DNA of 47,029 nt from an archaeon (GTDB lineage Archaea; Asgardarchaeota; Heimdallarchaeia; Heimdallarchaeales; Heimdallarchaeaceae), in assembly GCA_030631995.1 (NCBI GenBank), contig DAOVKB010000002.1:1-47029 (forward strand), given 5' to 3'. Below the pieces are notes generated by a model. That model saw only the letters and a program-made list of their open reading frames with translations, was not told where the DNA came from and made no database searches. The translations under genes and the position numbers were made by a program. Positions 1 through 10,033 of the stretch are shown here, one piece after another (positions within the stretch are counted from its first letter, which is position 1; each line of letters begins with the position of its first letter).

Positions 1-285
1 ATACAAGTTTGGGGAGCTAAAGATGAAGATGTTAATTATCTAAAACAATTCTGGGGAGAACCAATCAAGAAAATTGTTCTAAAGATGTCACCACTTGTAT
101 TTGCAAACGAAATAGTAAAAATCCCAAATATGAGTGAATTAACAATAGAGGATATAACAGCCATAATGGAAATAAGTGAAAGTGATTTTCAACAATACTG
201 TAGATACATAAATGTGGCTGCAAGTAATGCTTCTGCCCCCGCAGATGTTGTTAAAGCAAATAATCTGCTAGAAAATATATCTTAA
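1..285 (+). CDS. hypothetical protein, C-terminal fragment (ORF open to the left window edge)
   Basis: Frame 1 is open from nt 1 (IQVWGAKDEDVNYLKQFWGEP...) through the listed 85..285 ORF to TAA at 283-285. No recognisable motif. Confidence 0.35.
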   Translation: MQVWGAKDEDVNYLKQFWGEPIKKIVLKMSPLVFANEIVKIPNMSELTIEDITAIMEISESDFQQYCRYINVAASNASAPADVVKANNLLENIS

Positions 286-342
286 TCATCTTTTTTCCTG
301 TTTTCTTGTTTTGTAGTAAGATATTTATTAAGTGAAATTTTT

Positions 343-2373
343 ATGTATAATATGAAAAAGAAAGATTTTGTTAATATTATAATTCTAGGGATGTTATTAT
401 TCACAACAATAAAGACATCTTACACAACAAATGGATTAATTTTAACTAATGATAATTCCGAAACTACACCAGATGCTATTACAATACAAACGTTTACTGG
501 AACAATAAATGTAACTACAATAGTAGGACCAGATTATGCTTATGATGTAATTCACAAAGCGTTAAAACATGCTCAAACATCAATTCATCTTGAAGTATAT
601 ACACTATCTAGTGAGCCTTTAGTTAATGAATTAATTAGAGCTGATAGAAGAGGAGTGGAAGTAATAGTTCAGCTTTCCGATGATAGAGTAAACTCTTATG
701 AAGATGCTTATACAGAAGAAGCTGCATATAGACTAAAGAAACAAGGAATTGACGTTTACTGGACTAATGGAACTGAATTTGTTTTCACACATGCAAAATT
801 CTGGATAATCGATGGAATAGAAACATTCGTTTACTCTGGCAATTGGGCACCTTCAAGTATTCCTCAATATTCAGGCGCTAGAACAAATAGAGAGATGGGT
901 TTTCTGTTCAATCATGCCGGAATTGCAGCATATTTTGAAAATGTGTTTATTGCTGATGGATTAATCTCTACTCCATATGCACTTGGTTCAGGTGGCGGTA
1001 GTTTACAAGGTAATGAAACAACCGGAACTTATACGCCCGTTTCTTCAGTAGATACATTTAATGAATATACAGAAGTTACACCTATTTTTGCACCAGACAA
1101 TAGTTATGAACTACTCTCTGGGATCATTGATGCTGCTACAACTTCTATAGATTTAGAATTACAATACATGAAATTTGATTGTGATTTGCTAGATGATGTA
1201 TTAGATGCTGCACTACGAGGTGTTTCTATAAGAGTTCTAATTCCAGAACCAGGAGTCGCAAATGAAAATGTTACTGAAACTCTCATCAGTCACGGCATAC
1301 AGGTTAAGTTCTTCAAAGGTTTAGGACATAATCACAACAAGTTTGTTTTAGTTGATGGTGAGACCGTACAAATTTCAAGCATTAATTGGTCAAATAACTC
1401 TGTTGACTATAATAGAGAATCAGGAGCTATTGTAAAGAACTCTAATATCGCAGCATACTACGAAGATGTTTTTGACGAGGATTGGGTTGTTAGTGAAACA
1501 CCTACTGGTTTTGCAAAACCTGTAGATCTTGTATCACCAAAAGGAGGAGGAATCGCAGATGGCAATTTTAACTTCCAAGCATCATTTTCTGTTAATACAT
1601 ATACATCAGGAGAACTACTCATAGATTCAGTTTCAGTTCATACATGGGCCAGTCCTGTTGGAATTGTTGGTCACATAGTAGATACTACTGCTTATGCAGA
1701 TGGAATTCATACAGTGAAGGTTATAGGAACCCCCACAGCAGGATCACCTATAGAAATCGAGAAAAATATCAACATAGTGAATACAGCTGATTGGAATCTT
1801 CTAATTACGGAAGTAAGATACGATGCCAATACTGAACCAGATGGTGAATTCGTTGAGATTTACAATTATTTTAGTTTCGCACTAGCCATTGAAGGATGGA
1901 TACTGACGGATAATGAGGGGAAATATACTATACCAGATGGAGCTCAGATAAATGCGAATGAAGTATTGGTATTTGCACAAAGCAGTTCAACTTATGTAAG
2001 TGAGATGAGTGCATTAGGAATTACTGTATCAGCTGCTGATTATGGATTAGGCGATATTGCTCTAGCAAATACAGGCGATGAAATAATACTCAAAGATCCA
2101 GATGAGGGTATAAAAGATGCGGTTGCATGGGGATCAGGATCTGTATCCGGAGTTATCAGTTGGTCTGGAAGTGCAACAGGAGAAGACGAGACATTACAGC
2201 GAAGTCCACCTAATGAAGATTCAGATGATTGTGATGCAGATTTTGTAATAGATACGCCTACACCTGGAATAGTAGAACCAGATGGTCCAGGATTTACTAC
2301 TTTGCTAGTTTTACCAATAATAACAATTGCTGCATTAGTTGTAGTATTCTTAAGAAGAAAAATACAGAGATAA
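343..2373 (+). CDS. secreted/anchored phospholipase D-family protein with lamin-tail domain and PGF-CTERM-like anchor
   Basis: N-terminal hydrophobic segment (FVNIIILGMLLFTTIKT). Two HxKx4D motifs (HAKFWIID nt 790-813; HNKFVLVD nt 1333-1356). LTD-like segment LLITEVRYDANTEPDGEFVEIYN...GWILTDNEG (~1798-2200). C-terminus is PGF (nt 2287-2295) + TTLLVLPIITIAALVVVFL + RRKIQR. Confidence 0.8.
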   Translation: MYNMKKKDFVNIIILGMLLFTTIKTSYTTNGLILTNDNSETTPDAITIQTFTGTINVTTIVGPDYAYDVIHKALKHAQTSIHLEVYTLSSEPLVNELIRADRRGVEVIVQLSDDRVNSYEDAYTEEAAYRLKKQGIDVYWTNGTEFVFTHAKFWIIDGIETFVYSGNWAPSSIPQYSGARTNREMGFLFNHAGIAAYFENVFIADGLISTPYALGSGGGSLQGNETTGTYTPVSSVDTFNEYTEVTPIFAPDNSYELLSGIIDAATTSIDLELQYMKFDCDLLDDVLDAALRGVSIRVLIPEPGVANENVTETLISHGIQVKFFKGLGHNHNKFVLVDGETVQISSINWSNNSVDYNRESGAIVKNSNIAAYYEDVFDEDWVVSETPTGFAKPVDLVSPKGGGIADGNFNFQASFSVNTYTSGELLIDSVSVHTWASPVGIVGHIVDTTAYADGIHTVKVIGTPTAGSPIEIEKNINIVNTADWNLLITEVRYDANTEPDGEFVEIYNYFSFALAIEGWILTDNEGKYTIPDGAQINANEVLVFAQSSSTYVSEMSALGITVSAADYGLGDIALANTGDEIILKDPDEGIKDAVAWGSGSVSGVISWSGSATGEDETLQRSPPNEDSDDCDADFVIDTPTPGIVEPDGPGFTTLLVLPIITIAALVVVFLRRKIQR

Positions 2374-2377
2374 TATC

Positions 2378-2396
2378 TCTTTTTCTCTATTTTTTT
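2378..2396 (+). terminator. oligo-T tract downstream of the PLD gene (putative archaeal intrinsic terminator)
   Basis: ctctttttctctattttttt lies immediately after the stop at 2373. Archaeal RNAP terminates at T-runs. The functional role is inferred only. Confidence 0.3.
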
Positions 2397-2431
2397 GGGT
2401 TTATATATTAAAAAGACCATTTTCTCATGAC

Positions 2432-3574
2432 ATGGCCCTTGTCAACCAAACAACTTATTTCTCTGAAAAAGAGCAATCATTTGATTCCATAATTCTCTAT
2501 ATGGATTTAGATGCATTTTTTGCTTCAGTTGAAATCAGAGAAAATCCTTCTTTAGCTGGAAAACCGATAATTGTAGGAGGAAATCCTAAAACAAAGAGGG
2601 GAGTTGTTAGTACTTGTTCTTATGAAGCAAGGAAATATGGTATACATTCAGGGATGCCCGTTTCCCAAGCTGTTAAATTATGTCCTCATGTTGTTATGGT
2701 TAGAGGAACTTTTAGTCTCTATACTAAAGTTTCTAACAATATTATGAGTATTCTAAAGCACTATTCCAACGTAATGAAAGTTGCAGGAAATGATGAAGCA
2801 TATTTAGATTTGACAGATATTGTATCAGACTATGAGGAAGCAAGAAAACTAGCAATGGAATTAAAAGATGATATTTATGCGAGTGAGCACTTAACTTGTT
2901 CAGTTGGGATTGCTCCAAATAAAATCCTAGCAAAAATAGCCAGTGAAACAGATAAACCTGATGGCCTCGTTGTACTGAAACCTCTTGAAATAGCAGATGT
3001 TCTTGCCCCTTTAGATATTACTGCGATTCCAGGTGTTGGAAAAAAAAGTAAGGAAATCTTCGTTAGAAATGGAGTTTATACTTGTGGGGATTTAGCAAAA
3101 ATACCTTTTCAGCTTGTATATCAGAAATTTGGTAAATATGGCTTAAAAACTTGGAAATTAGTTAATGGATATAATACAGAAAAAACTAATGAAAAATTTG
3201 TAAGTAGAGAAAGAAAATCCATTAGTGAAGAAAGAACTTTCTTTCATACATATTCAAGTTGGGGAGATATCTGGGTATCTTTGGATTCCTCAATTCAGAC
3301 TATAGTAACAAAAGCTAAAGAGAAAAGAATGAATTTTAAGACAGTTACCTTAAAAATAAGATTTCAGAATTTTGAAACATTTACAAGGAGCTATTCTCTG
3401 CAATGCTATGCCAATTCTGAAAAGCAGGTGAGAGAAGTTATAACATTGTTATTAGAAGAATTTTCAGATAGGGCTCCCGATAAGATAAGATTAGTAGGTG
3501 TAAAAATCTCTAATCTTATAAAAATAGACGAGAACCAAAAAACGTTAACACAATTTTTTAATAAGACAGATTAA
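2432..3574 (+). CDS. dinB: DNA polymerase IV (Y-family, Dpo4/Dbh-like)
   Basis: LYMDLDAFFASVEIRENPSL (catalytic Asp motif), GNDEAYLDLT, SVGIAPNKILAKIASE, IPGVGKK HhH. Length of 380 aa is typical. Confidence 0.9.
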   Translation: MALVNQTTYFSEKEQSFDSIILYMDLDAFFASVEIRENPSLAGKPIIVGGNPKTKRGVVSTCSYEARKYGIHSGMPVSQAVKLCPHVVMVRGTFSLYTKVSNNIMSILKHYSNVMKVAGNDEAYLDLTDIVSDYEEARKLAMELKDDIYASEHLTCSVGIAPNKILAKIASETDKPDGLVVLKPLEIADVLAPLDITAIPGVGKKSKEIFVRNGVYTCGDLAKIPFQLVYQKFGKYGLKTWKLVNGYNTEKTNEKFVSRERKSISEERTFFHTYSSWGDIWVSLDSSIQTIVTKAKEKRMNFKTVTLKIRFQNFETFTRSYSLQCYANSEKQVREVITLLLEEFSDRAPDKIRLVGVKISNLIKIDENQKTLTQFFNKTD

Positions 3575-3602
3575 GTGTTTAAAAGAAGCAAAGGAAAATC
3601 CT

Positions 3603-4958
3603 ATGTCTGTCGTACTTCCAGATTGGTATATCTTAAAAGATCCAGGTGACATCACAATAGATGTAAATAGTTGGTACAAGTTTGCAAATACCAGATTAGA
3701 GAGATTTTTATCTGAAGACTTATGGATAATACAAAAACCAACATGGATGTCAAACGAAGAATGGATAGAAACGAAAGTTCAGGAAATTGGAGGACATTTC
3801 CTTCTACGGTTAGCAGTTGCAAAGGATCCCAGATTAACTTCCTGGTTAGTAGAAGTTGAGGGAGATTTGTTTGAATTTAGATTTGTTAGTAGCCCAAATT
3901 TCGATGAAAAGATTCATGTTTTGATGGATCTCTATGGTCAAGAAAATGTTAAAACAATAGATGAAATTAATGAGATTTTCAGAATAAATATCCACAAAAA
4001 ATTCAATCTAGCTGATGTTCCTCCAAAGAAAAAAAGATATTCAAGTAGTAAATTTGGTGGAAAAGTAAAAGATTTGGATAAAAGAATTGCGATTAAGTTC
4101 TTCAAAATCCCATCTGTAGTTTCTGCAAAGAAAGTTTTGTTATATCAGGGATGGGCAATTGTTAGATTAGCGGATATCAGACTGACAGTGAAAAGAGAAT
4201 TTGAGAAGGATTTGAAAGGAATAATCGAGAAATCAAAGACGATAGTTGAGAAAGATTCAAGCTTGGAAGTAACTATCAAACCCATAAAAGACAAAATAGA
4301 TGAAATCGCAAGATCAGCTCGTTTGTCAGGAGATTTATCAAAATTAGGTATAGAAGCAGGAGAAGAAATATTCACTAAACCCGAAACTTTTCCTCCTTGT
4401 ATTCGGGAATTAATTTCCGTTTTACAAGCAAAAGGTCACCTTTCTCATGTTGAAAATTGGCAACTTGGGACCTATCTCAAGAGAGTTGGTATGAGTATAG
4501 AGGAACAATATGCTTTTTGGTATCGAAATTCTGTAGATAATGTTGGGATGTCGTTTGATGAATTCAAAAATAGAGTGGGATATCAAATTAGACATATTTA
4601 TGGCAAAGAGGGAGGAGGAATAGATTATTCTCCACCAAGCTGTAAAACATGTATTGATGGATTTTTCTGTTACTGGGCTCATAAGAAATTAGAGGATCTT
4701 TCTGAGGACATCAGAGTTGGTTTAGCAGACAGAAACACAGAGGTTGTAGAGACAGCTATTGAAGATATTTCAAGACTTATTATCAATCAGAGATTTCAAA
4801 CAGCTTGTGCTAGATATTTCAATCTACTCACAGGGTGGAGAATGGGTGGGAATAGAGTAAATCATATGGTTAATTATTCAAGACAAGTATACAAACGGTT
4901 CCATAGTAAGAAACAGAAGGATGATGCAAAGAACAAGGAAAAAAATGAAGAGGGATAA
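3603..4958 (+). CDS. priL: DNA primase large subunit PriL
   Basis: FPPCIRELI...HLSHVENWQLGTYLKRVGMSIEE...YQIRHIYGKEGGGIDYSPPSCKTCIDGFFC matches the Fe-S domain signature of archaeo-eukaryotic PriL. Confidence 0.85.
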   Translation: MSVVLPDWYILKDPGDITIDVNSWYKFANTRLERFLSEDLWIIQKPTWMSNEEWIETKVQEIGGHFLLRLAVAKDPRLTSWLVEVEGDLFEFRFVSSPNFDEKIHVLMDLYGQENVKTIDEINEIFRINIHKKFNLADVPPKKKRYSSSKFGGKVKDLDKRIAIKFFKIPSVVSAKKVLLYQGWAIVRLADIRLTVKREFEKDLKGIIEKSKTIVEKDSSLEVTIKPIKDKIDEIARSARLSGDLSKLGIEAGEEIFTKPETFPPCIRELISVLQAKGHLSHVENWQLGTYLKRVGMSIEEQYAFWYRNSVDNVGMSFDEFKNRVGYQIRHIYGKEGGGIDYSPPSCKTCIDGFFCYWAHKKLEDLSEDIRVGLADRNTEVVETAIEDISRLIINQRFQTACARYFNLLTGWRMGGNRVNHMVNYSRQVYKRFHSKKQKDDAKNKEKNEEG

Positions 4959-5940
4959 AAGAATGAAAAACGAACTTACACCAGAATTCCTTGCTGAATA
5001 TTATGAAAAAAAATTTCCAATGGATTACTTTATGTCTTTTATTGGTCTCTCTAATTTTTCTAACAGGGAATTTGGTTTTGTTGTTGGTAAGGAAGCGTTT
5101 GTTCGAAACATTTCTTTTCAAAACACTGATCAATTGCGGGAATATATGATTAATAATGCAGTTAAACATGCATATGTAGGAGCTATATATGATACACCAC
5201 CATCACGAGAAACTCCAATACAAAAAATAAAATGGAAGGGAAGAGAATTTATTTTTGATATTGACATTGATGAGTACGATTTAGTCCGAAAATGTGGGTG
5301 TAAGGGATATCAGTATTGCAAAGAATGCTGGTCACTTGTTCAAGATGCTGCATCTTTCATCGATGAAACAATGAAAGATGATTTTGGATTTAAAGAAGTG
5401 ATCTGGATTTTTTCTGGAAGAAGAGGGGTACATGGCTGGGTTATGGATAAAATCACTCAAGATTTCGATCAAGCGCAACGTGTAGCAATTCTGAATTATT
5501 TGACTTTTATACATGATGAAAAAAGGACGCAGTCTATTGAAGAAATCCCAAATGAAGCAAAACCACTTAGGAATCGAATCTATTCTTTAGTAGCTAAATC
5601 GTTTTTAGAAAAGTCAACTCCTGAACAACTTAAAGAACTTGGAATCTCCATAAATAAAGCTAAAGAAATCATTCAAAATGTACAATTGAGTGAACAATTT
5701 GATCATCATCAATATAACATCATCATACCTAATGACACATTAGTCAGAAGAAAATTATCTGACGAGTTTATCCTTCGAAGGTACCCTAGGATTGATAGAA
5801 AAGTTACAATGGACACACGAAGAGTAAGTCGAATGCCTTATTCAGTTCATGGAAAAACAGGACAAATAGCAATTGAGATTAAAGATATCGGAAACTTTTA
5901 TCCTGATTCAGCACCTACTATTTGGGAGTCGCTAATGTAA
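4921..5940 (+). CDS. priS: DNA primase small (catalytic) subunit PriS
   Basis: REFIFDIDIDEYD (catalytic DxD), zinc knuckle CGCKGYQYCKECW, SGRRGVHGWV, RMPYSVHGKTG. The track start at 4921 overlaps priL by 38 nt. In-frame ATGs at 4945 and 4963 (the latter 5 nt after the priL stop) are alternative starts. Confidence 0.9.
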   Translation: MMQRTRKKMKRDKRMKNELTPEFLAEYYEKKFPMDYFMSFIGLSNFSNREFGFVVGKEAFVRNISFQNTDQLREYMINNAVKHAYVGAIYDTPPSRETPIQKIKWKGREFIFDIDIDEYDLVRKCGCKGYQYCKECWSLVQDAASFIDETMKDDFGFKEVIWIFSGRRGVHGWVMDKITQDFDQAQRVAILNYLTFIHDEKRTQSIEEIPNEAKPLRNRIYSLVAKSFLEKSTPEQLKELGISINKAKEIIQNVQLSEQFDHHQYNIIIPNDTLVRRKLSDEFILRRYPRIDRKVTMDTRRVSRMPYSVHGKTGQIAIEIKDIGNFYPDSAPTIWESLM

Positions 5941-5952
5941 AAGAAAAAGGGA

Positions 5953-7140
5953 TTAAAAATCCGCATGAAGATAAGGTGGTATTTTTGGGAATAGTTCTTG
6001 TATTTTATCTTTGTTTTCTTCTGTAAGTTTAGCCCATCCTTTGAATTCGAAATCATCCAGATTGTAGCAACCATACACTATAGCTGAAATCGCTTGAATA
6101 CTAAGTTCACATTCATATTCTATAGATTCTGTGACAGAAAGTTTTCCTTCTTTTCCTTCAAATGTGTAAGTTTTATTATTCCAGTCACAGTTGTCATCTG
6201 TTATTTTAACAGATAGTTTTCCATGACCAACATTTAAATCGGACAGGTTATTAACGATCACAACCCTTCCCATACAGGATGGAACCCATTCTCTACTCTG
6301 GATTTTCCCATATTCACCCCAGAAGGTATCATTCAACCATGTTTCAGGATATTCATTAGGTTTGATTGGAATATGAACGTTTTTTATTTGATCAGCATGG
6401 AGAGCAAACCATTGAAGAAATAAATATCTAGCAAGACTGTTTTTACAATAAAAATCTCTTATCTTAATGTCCTTCCAAAAACCAGTAATTGCATAAGTCA
6501 TGATTCCTATGGTTTCGTTTCCTTCTTTCGCAGATACTACCCACATTTTATTCTCATCTTTATGACGTTCTAGTTCTGCATCATGAAGAACTCCCATACC
6601 GTGAATTCTCAATCTTATTTTTTTCAGAAATTCTTTGTAAATCTCAAAACCTTCACTAAAACTCATTCGTTCAACAATTCCATCAAGTTTCAAATCTAAC
6701 AAAGGAACTAAGGATTTAGCTGAAATAATTGCAGTTCGAATTTGAGGAAAAGAAACATACCCTAATCTCTCATAGAATGATTCTTTGAAAGGATAGAGTG
6801 TTGAAAAACCTTGATCATTTTCTTTCATTTTGTCAAATGCTAATTTCATTATTTTTTTTGCATACCCCTTTCTTCTTCCTTCTGGATGTGTTGCTACTTC
6901 TGAAATTCCACACATATCCTTTATAACCCCTCTTACATTCTGAGGAATGGGTTTACATATCAATCCTGAAACTGGTTTTTCATTTTCGTAGAGAACTAAA
7001 CATGTGTCTTCTTTCATGTATGGTTTTCTTTTCATTATCTGTTCTATATTTCCAGGAGTTGGAAAAAAAGCATAGAAAGCGAGCTCAAGAATAGGATCAA
7101 CATCTTCTCCTCTTAGCTCCTTTATTTCAACTTTATTCAT
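5953..7140 (-). CDS. GNAT N-acetyltransferase, Eis-like (GNAT + SCP2-like C-terminal domain)
   Basis: Acetyl-CoA motif HPEGRRKGYAKKIMKLAFDKMKE. The ~395-aa, three-part architecture is typical of COG4552/Eis-type enzymes. Confidence 0.65.
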   Translation of the reverse strand: MNKVEIKELRGEDVDPILELAFYAFFPTPGNIEQIMKRKPYMKEDTCLVLYENEKPVSGLICKPIPQNVRGVIKDMCGISEVATHPEGRRKGYAKKIMKLAFDKMKENDQGFSTLYPFKESFYERLGYVSFPQIRTAIISAKSLVPLLDLKLDGIVERMSFSEGFEIYKEFLKKIRLRIHGMGVLHDAELERHKDENKMWVVSAKEGNETIGIMTYAITGFWKDIKIRDFYCKNSLARYLFLQWFALHADQIKNVHIPIKPNEYPETWLNDTFWGEYGKIQSREWVPSCMGRVVIVNNLSDLNVGHGKLSVKITDDNCDWNNKTYTFEGKEGKLSVTESIEYECELSIQAISAIVYGCYNLDDFEFKGWAKLTEENKDKIQELFPKIPPYLHADF

Positions 7141-7204
7141 AGAAAAATGCTTGAAAAAACGTTTAAAAAACTATTGCAAGGAAACTCACCCTTTTTTAAA
7201 CAAA

Positions 7205-7213
7205 TTTTTATAT
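7205..7213 (+). promoter_or_regulatory. putative TATA box upstream of alaS
   Basis: tttttatat is centred ~33 nt upstream of ATG 7242, which fits an archaeal TATA at about -26 with a very short leader. Inferred only. Confidence 0.3.
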
Positions 7214-7241
7214 TTCAGAAATATTCTGGTTGTAGAGTATA

Positions 7242-10001
7242 ATGTCTATATCCAAAGATGAACTAAAGAAGAGATTCAACAAAGACAGTTATGAAGTTAA
7301 TCTCTTCAAAGAGAAAGGATTTGTTAGAAAGCATTGCCCAATTTGTAATCATCAGTTCTGGACACTCGTACCAGATCAAGAAACATGTGGAGATACAAGA
7401 TGTTCTGGTGGTTATCAATTTCTAGATAAGAAAGGAAAAAATCTAAATTTTGATCAAACCCTAAATAGACTAACAGATTTCTTTGTAAAACATGGACATA
7501 CAGCAATCAAGGATTATCCGGTAGTAGCAAGATGGAGAGGAGATATGGATTTCACAATTGCTTCTATCGCAGATTTCCAACCTTGGGTATTAGAAGGAGT
7601 AATTGACCCACCAGCTAATCCATTGGTGGTTCCTCAGATGTGCATAAGGACAGGAGGAGATTTTTCCGATATAGATAATATAGGAAAGACTGCAAGACAT
7701 CTAACTAGTTTTGTAATGTTTGGGCAACACTCTTTCAATTCCAAAACATTAACTCAAGGATACTGGATGGATAGATGTTTGGAGTTAAATTTCCAATTTC
7801 TTACAGAAGAACTAGGTCTAAAACCAGAAGAAATATCGTATGTTGAAGGTATTTGGTCTGGTGGAGGAAACTTTGGACCAAATCTGGAAGCTATGGCATA
7901 CGGATCAGAGCTGGTAAATAATGTATTCATCGCATATGGTTTTGAAAATAACACTGTCAAGAAGTTAGACATGCAAGTAATCGATGTAGGGTGGGGATTG
8001 GAAAGAGTCTCTTGGTTTACTCAAGGAACTCCTTCAATTTACGAAGCTATTTTTCCAAAAGCGATTGATTACTTGCAAAAAGAAAATGGGTACAAAGCTG
8101 ATCACAAGCTATTAATTGAATATAACAGATTAGCTGGTTTACTTGCTGTTGAAGAAGTGAAAGATCTTCGAGAAGAGAGAAAGCTAATGGCTAAGAAACT
8201 TGGTATGTCATATGAAGAAATGTTGAAGGAACTTGGACCACAAGAAGCAATCTATGCAATCGCGGATCATGCAAGAACTCTTTCCATGACCATAGCTGAT
8301 GGTGCAATTCCTTCCAATGTTGGAGGAGGATATAACTTACGTGTTCTACTTCGCAGGATAATAGCACTCAAAGAACTATACAAACTTCAATTTTCAGTTG
8401 AGAAGATTTTTGATCTCCAAATTGATCATCTCTCTGTTTCATATCCTAGAGTAAAAGAAAATAGAGATATTATACACAAAATCATTGATATTGAGACCAA
8501 AAGATATGAAGATACAAAAGCAAGTGGTAGAAGAATAATCAGTCAACTTCTCCAGAAAAAGAAAGAATTCAATTTTACTACTCTTGCTGATTTATATCAG
8601 AATAATGGCATCAATCCCTTGATGGTTAAAGAGCTTGCAAAAGAAAAGGATGTGGATGTTGATGTTCCTGATGATTTCTTTGTAAAAATCGAAGAATATC
8701 TAGCTCAACAAGCTGCCAAACGAAAAGCGAAGGAGGAAGCAGTAGAAATTAAATTAGATAAAGAATATAAAACACACTCATTATTTTATGAGGATGTGTA
8801 TCAAACTGAATTTGAAGCAAAAATTATTGCCATTATTGATAACAAATATGTTATTCTAGACAAAACTCTATTCTATCCAACAGGTGGAGGACAAATTCAT
8901 GATACAGGTAAGTTACTTGTTGAAGAAACAGTGTTTCAAGTGATTAATGTATTCAGAAAAGCTTCTACCATTTTGCATGAATTAGATAAAGTAAGTAGTT
9001 TGAAGGAAGGGATGAAAATCAAAGGTAAAATTGATGCAAAAAGAAGAATGGATATTATGAGACATCACACTGCAGTGCATGTTGTTAATAATGCTGCAAG
9101 AGAAGTCTTAGGGCAGCACATCTGGCAAGCAGGTGCAGATAAAACCGAGTATAAAGCTAGATTAGATGTCACACATTATCAGGCTATAAGTTTTGAAGAA
9201 CTACAAAAGATAGAGTATCTAGCAAATCAAGTAATTTTAGAGAAACGTACAGTCGATAAACAAGATGTGGATCGAGATGATGCTGAGAGAGATTTTGGTT
9301 TTCAAATATATCAGGGCGGTGTTGTTCCTGGAAAATCTCTTCACATTGTAGCTATTAATGATTGGGATATAGAAGCATGTGGTGGTACTCATCTAAATAA
9401 CACAGGCGATATTGGGATTATTAGACTGACCGGAAGCGAAAGAATACAAGATGGTGTTGTTAGGATTGAAATTCTAGCTGGAGAACCTGCGTTAAAATAT
9501 ATTCAGATTCAGGAAGCAATACTTAGAGAATCATCTTCAGAATTAAGTGTTGAGCCAAAAATTCTCCCCAAGACTGTCAAACGATTCTTCAAAGAGTGGA
9601 AAGAACAGAAAAAGCTAATTGAAAATTTGAACAAGCAAATCGCTGAGCTTCAATTCTCTTCAACAAAAATAACTTTAGAGAAAATAAAGGATGAAGAGGT
9701 TATCATCAGAAAAACTGAAGGGAAACAAAAGGAATTAATTATTCAAGCTAGTGAAGCAGTAAAAAACATGGACAAAGGATTGTGTATCCTAATATCAAAT
9801 GTTCAAAACAAAATTGTAATTGTAGGTGTAAAAACACCTTCTTCAAAAGCAGATATCTCTGGAATTGTGAAGGAACTCTCTCTCTTAGGAGGAGGATCAG
9901 GTGGAGGAAAGGGTGATTTAGCAATTGGAGGAGGACCAGATATTAAAAAAATTGATGATATACTTAACAATGCTAAAGAAATAATTACAGCAAAAATATG
10001 A
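7242..10001 (+). CDS. alaS: alanine--tRNA ligase (archaeal type)
   Basis: 919 aa. N-terminal Cys cluster CPICNHQF...CGDTRC. Catalytic core FDFTIASIADFQPW..MCIRTGG. Editing-domain metal motifs HHTAVHVV and CGGTHL. C-terminal DHHA1-like GGGSGGGKGDLAIGGG. Confidence 0.95.
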   Translation: MSISKDELKKRFNKDSYEVNLFKEKGFVRKHCPICNHQFWTLVPDQETCGDTRCSGGYQFLDKKGKNLNFDQTLNRLTDFFVKHGHTAIKDYPVVARWRGDMDFTIASIADFQPWVLEGVIDPPANPLVVPQMCIRTGGDFSDIDNIGKTARHLTSFVMFGQHSFNSKTLTQGYWMDRCLELNFQFLTEELGLKPEEISYVEGIWSGGGNFGPNLEAMAYGSELVNNVFIAYGFENNTVKKLDMQVIDVGWGLERVSWFTQGTPSIYEAIFPKAIDYLQKENGYKADHKLLIEYNRLAGLLAVEEVKDLREERKLMAKKLGMSYEEMLKELGPQEAIYAIADHARTLSMTIADGAIPSNVGGGYNLRVLLRRIIALKELYKLQFSVEKIFDLQIDHLSVSYPRVKENRDIIHKIIDIETKRYEDTKASGRRIISQLLQKKKEFNFTTLADLYQNNGINPLMVKELAKEKDVDVDVPDDFFVKIEEYLAQQAAKRKAKEEAVEIKLDKEYKTHSLFYEDVYQTEFEAKIIAIIDNKYVILDKTLFYPTGGGQIHDTGKLLVEETVFQVINVFRKASTILHELDKVSSLKEGMKIKGKIDAKRRMDIMRHHTAVHVVNNAAREVLGQHIWQAGADKTEYKARLDVTHYQAISFEELQKIEYLANQVILEKRTVDKQDVDRDDAERDFGFQIYQGGVVPGKSLHIVAINDWDIEACGGTHLNNTGDIGIIRLTGSERIQDGVVRIEILAGEPALKYIQIQEAILRESSSELSVEPKILPKTVKRFFKEWKEQKKLIENLNKQIAELQFSSTKITLEKIKDEEVIIRKTEGKQKELIIQASEAVKNMDKGLCILISNVQNKIVIVGVKTPSSKADISGIVKELSLLGGGSGGGKGDLAIGGGPDIKKIDDILNNAKEIITAKI

Positions 10002-10033
10002 TACGTTAAAAGTTAAAAATCCAATCTCCGAAT

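Noticed and set aside
2040-2420. 126-aa antisense ORF overlapping the 3' end of the PLD gene. Similar shadow ORFs occur at 1104..1286, 2742..2933, 4145..4375, 4422..4682, 4870..5169, 5332..5514, 7324..7506 and 7754..7972.
   Set aside because: All are embedded antisense or out of frame in genes with strong family motifs, and none has a recognisable motif of its own. They are typical shadow ORFs.
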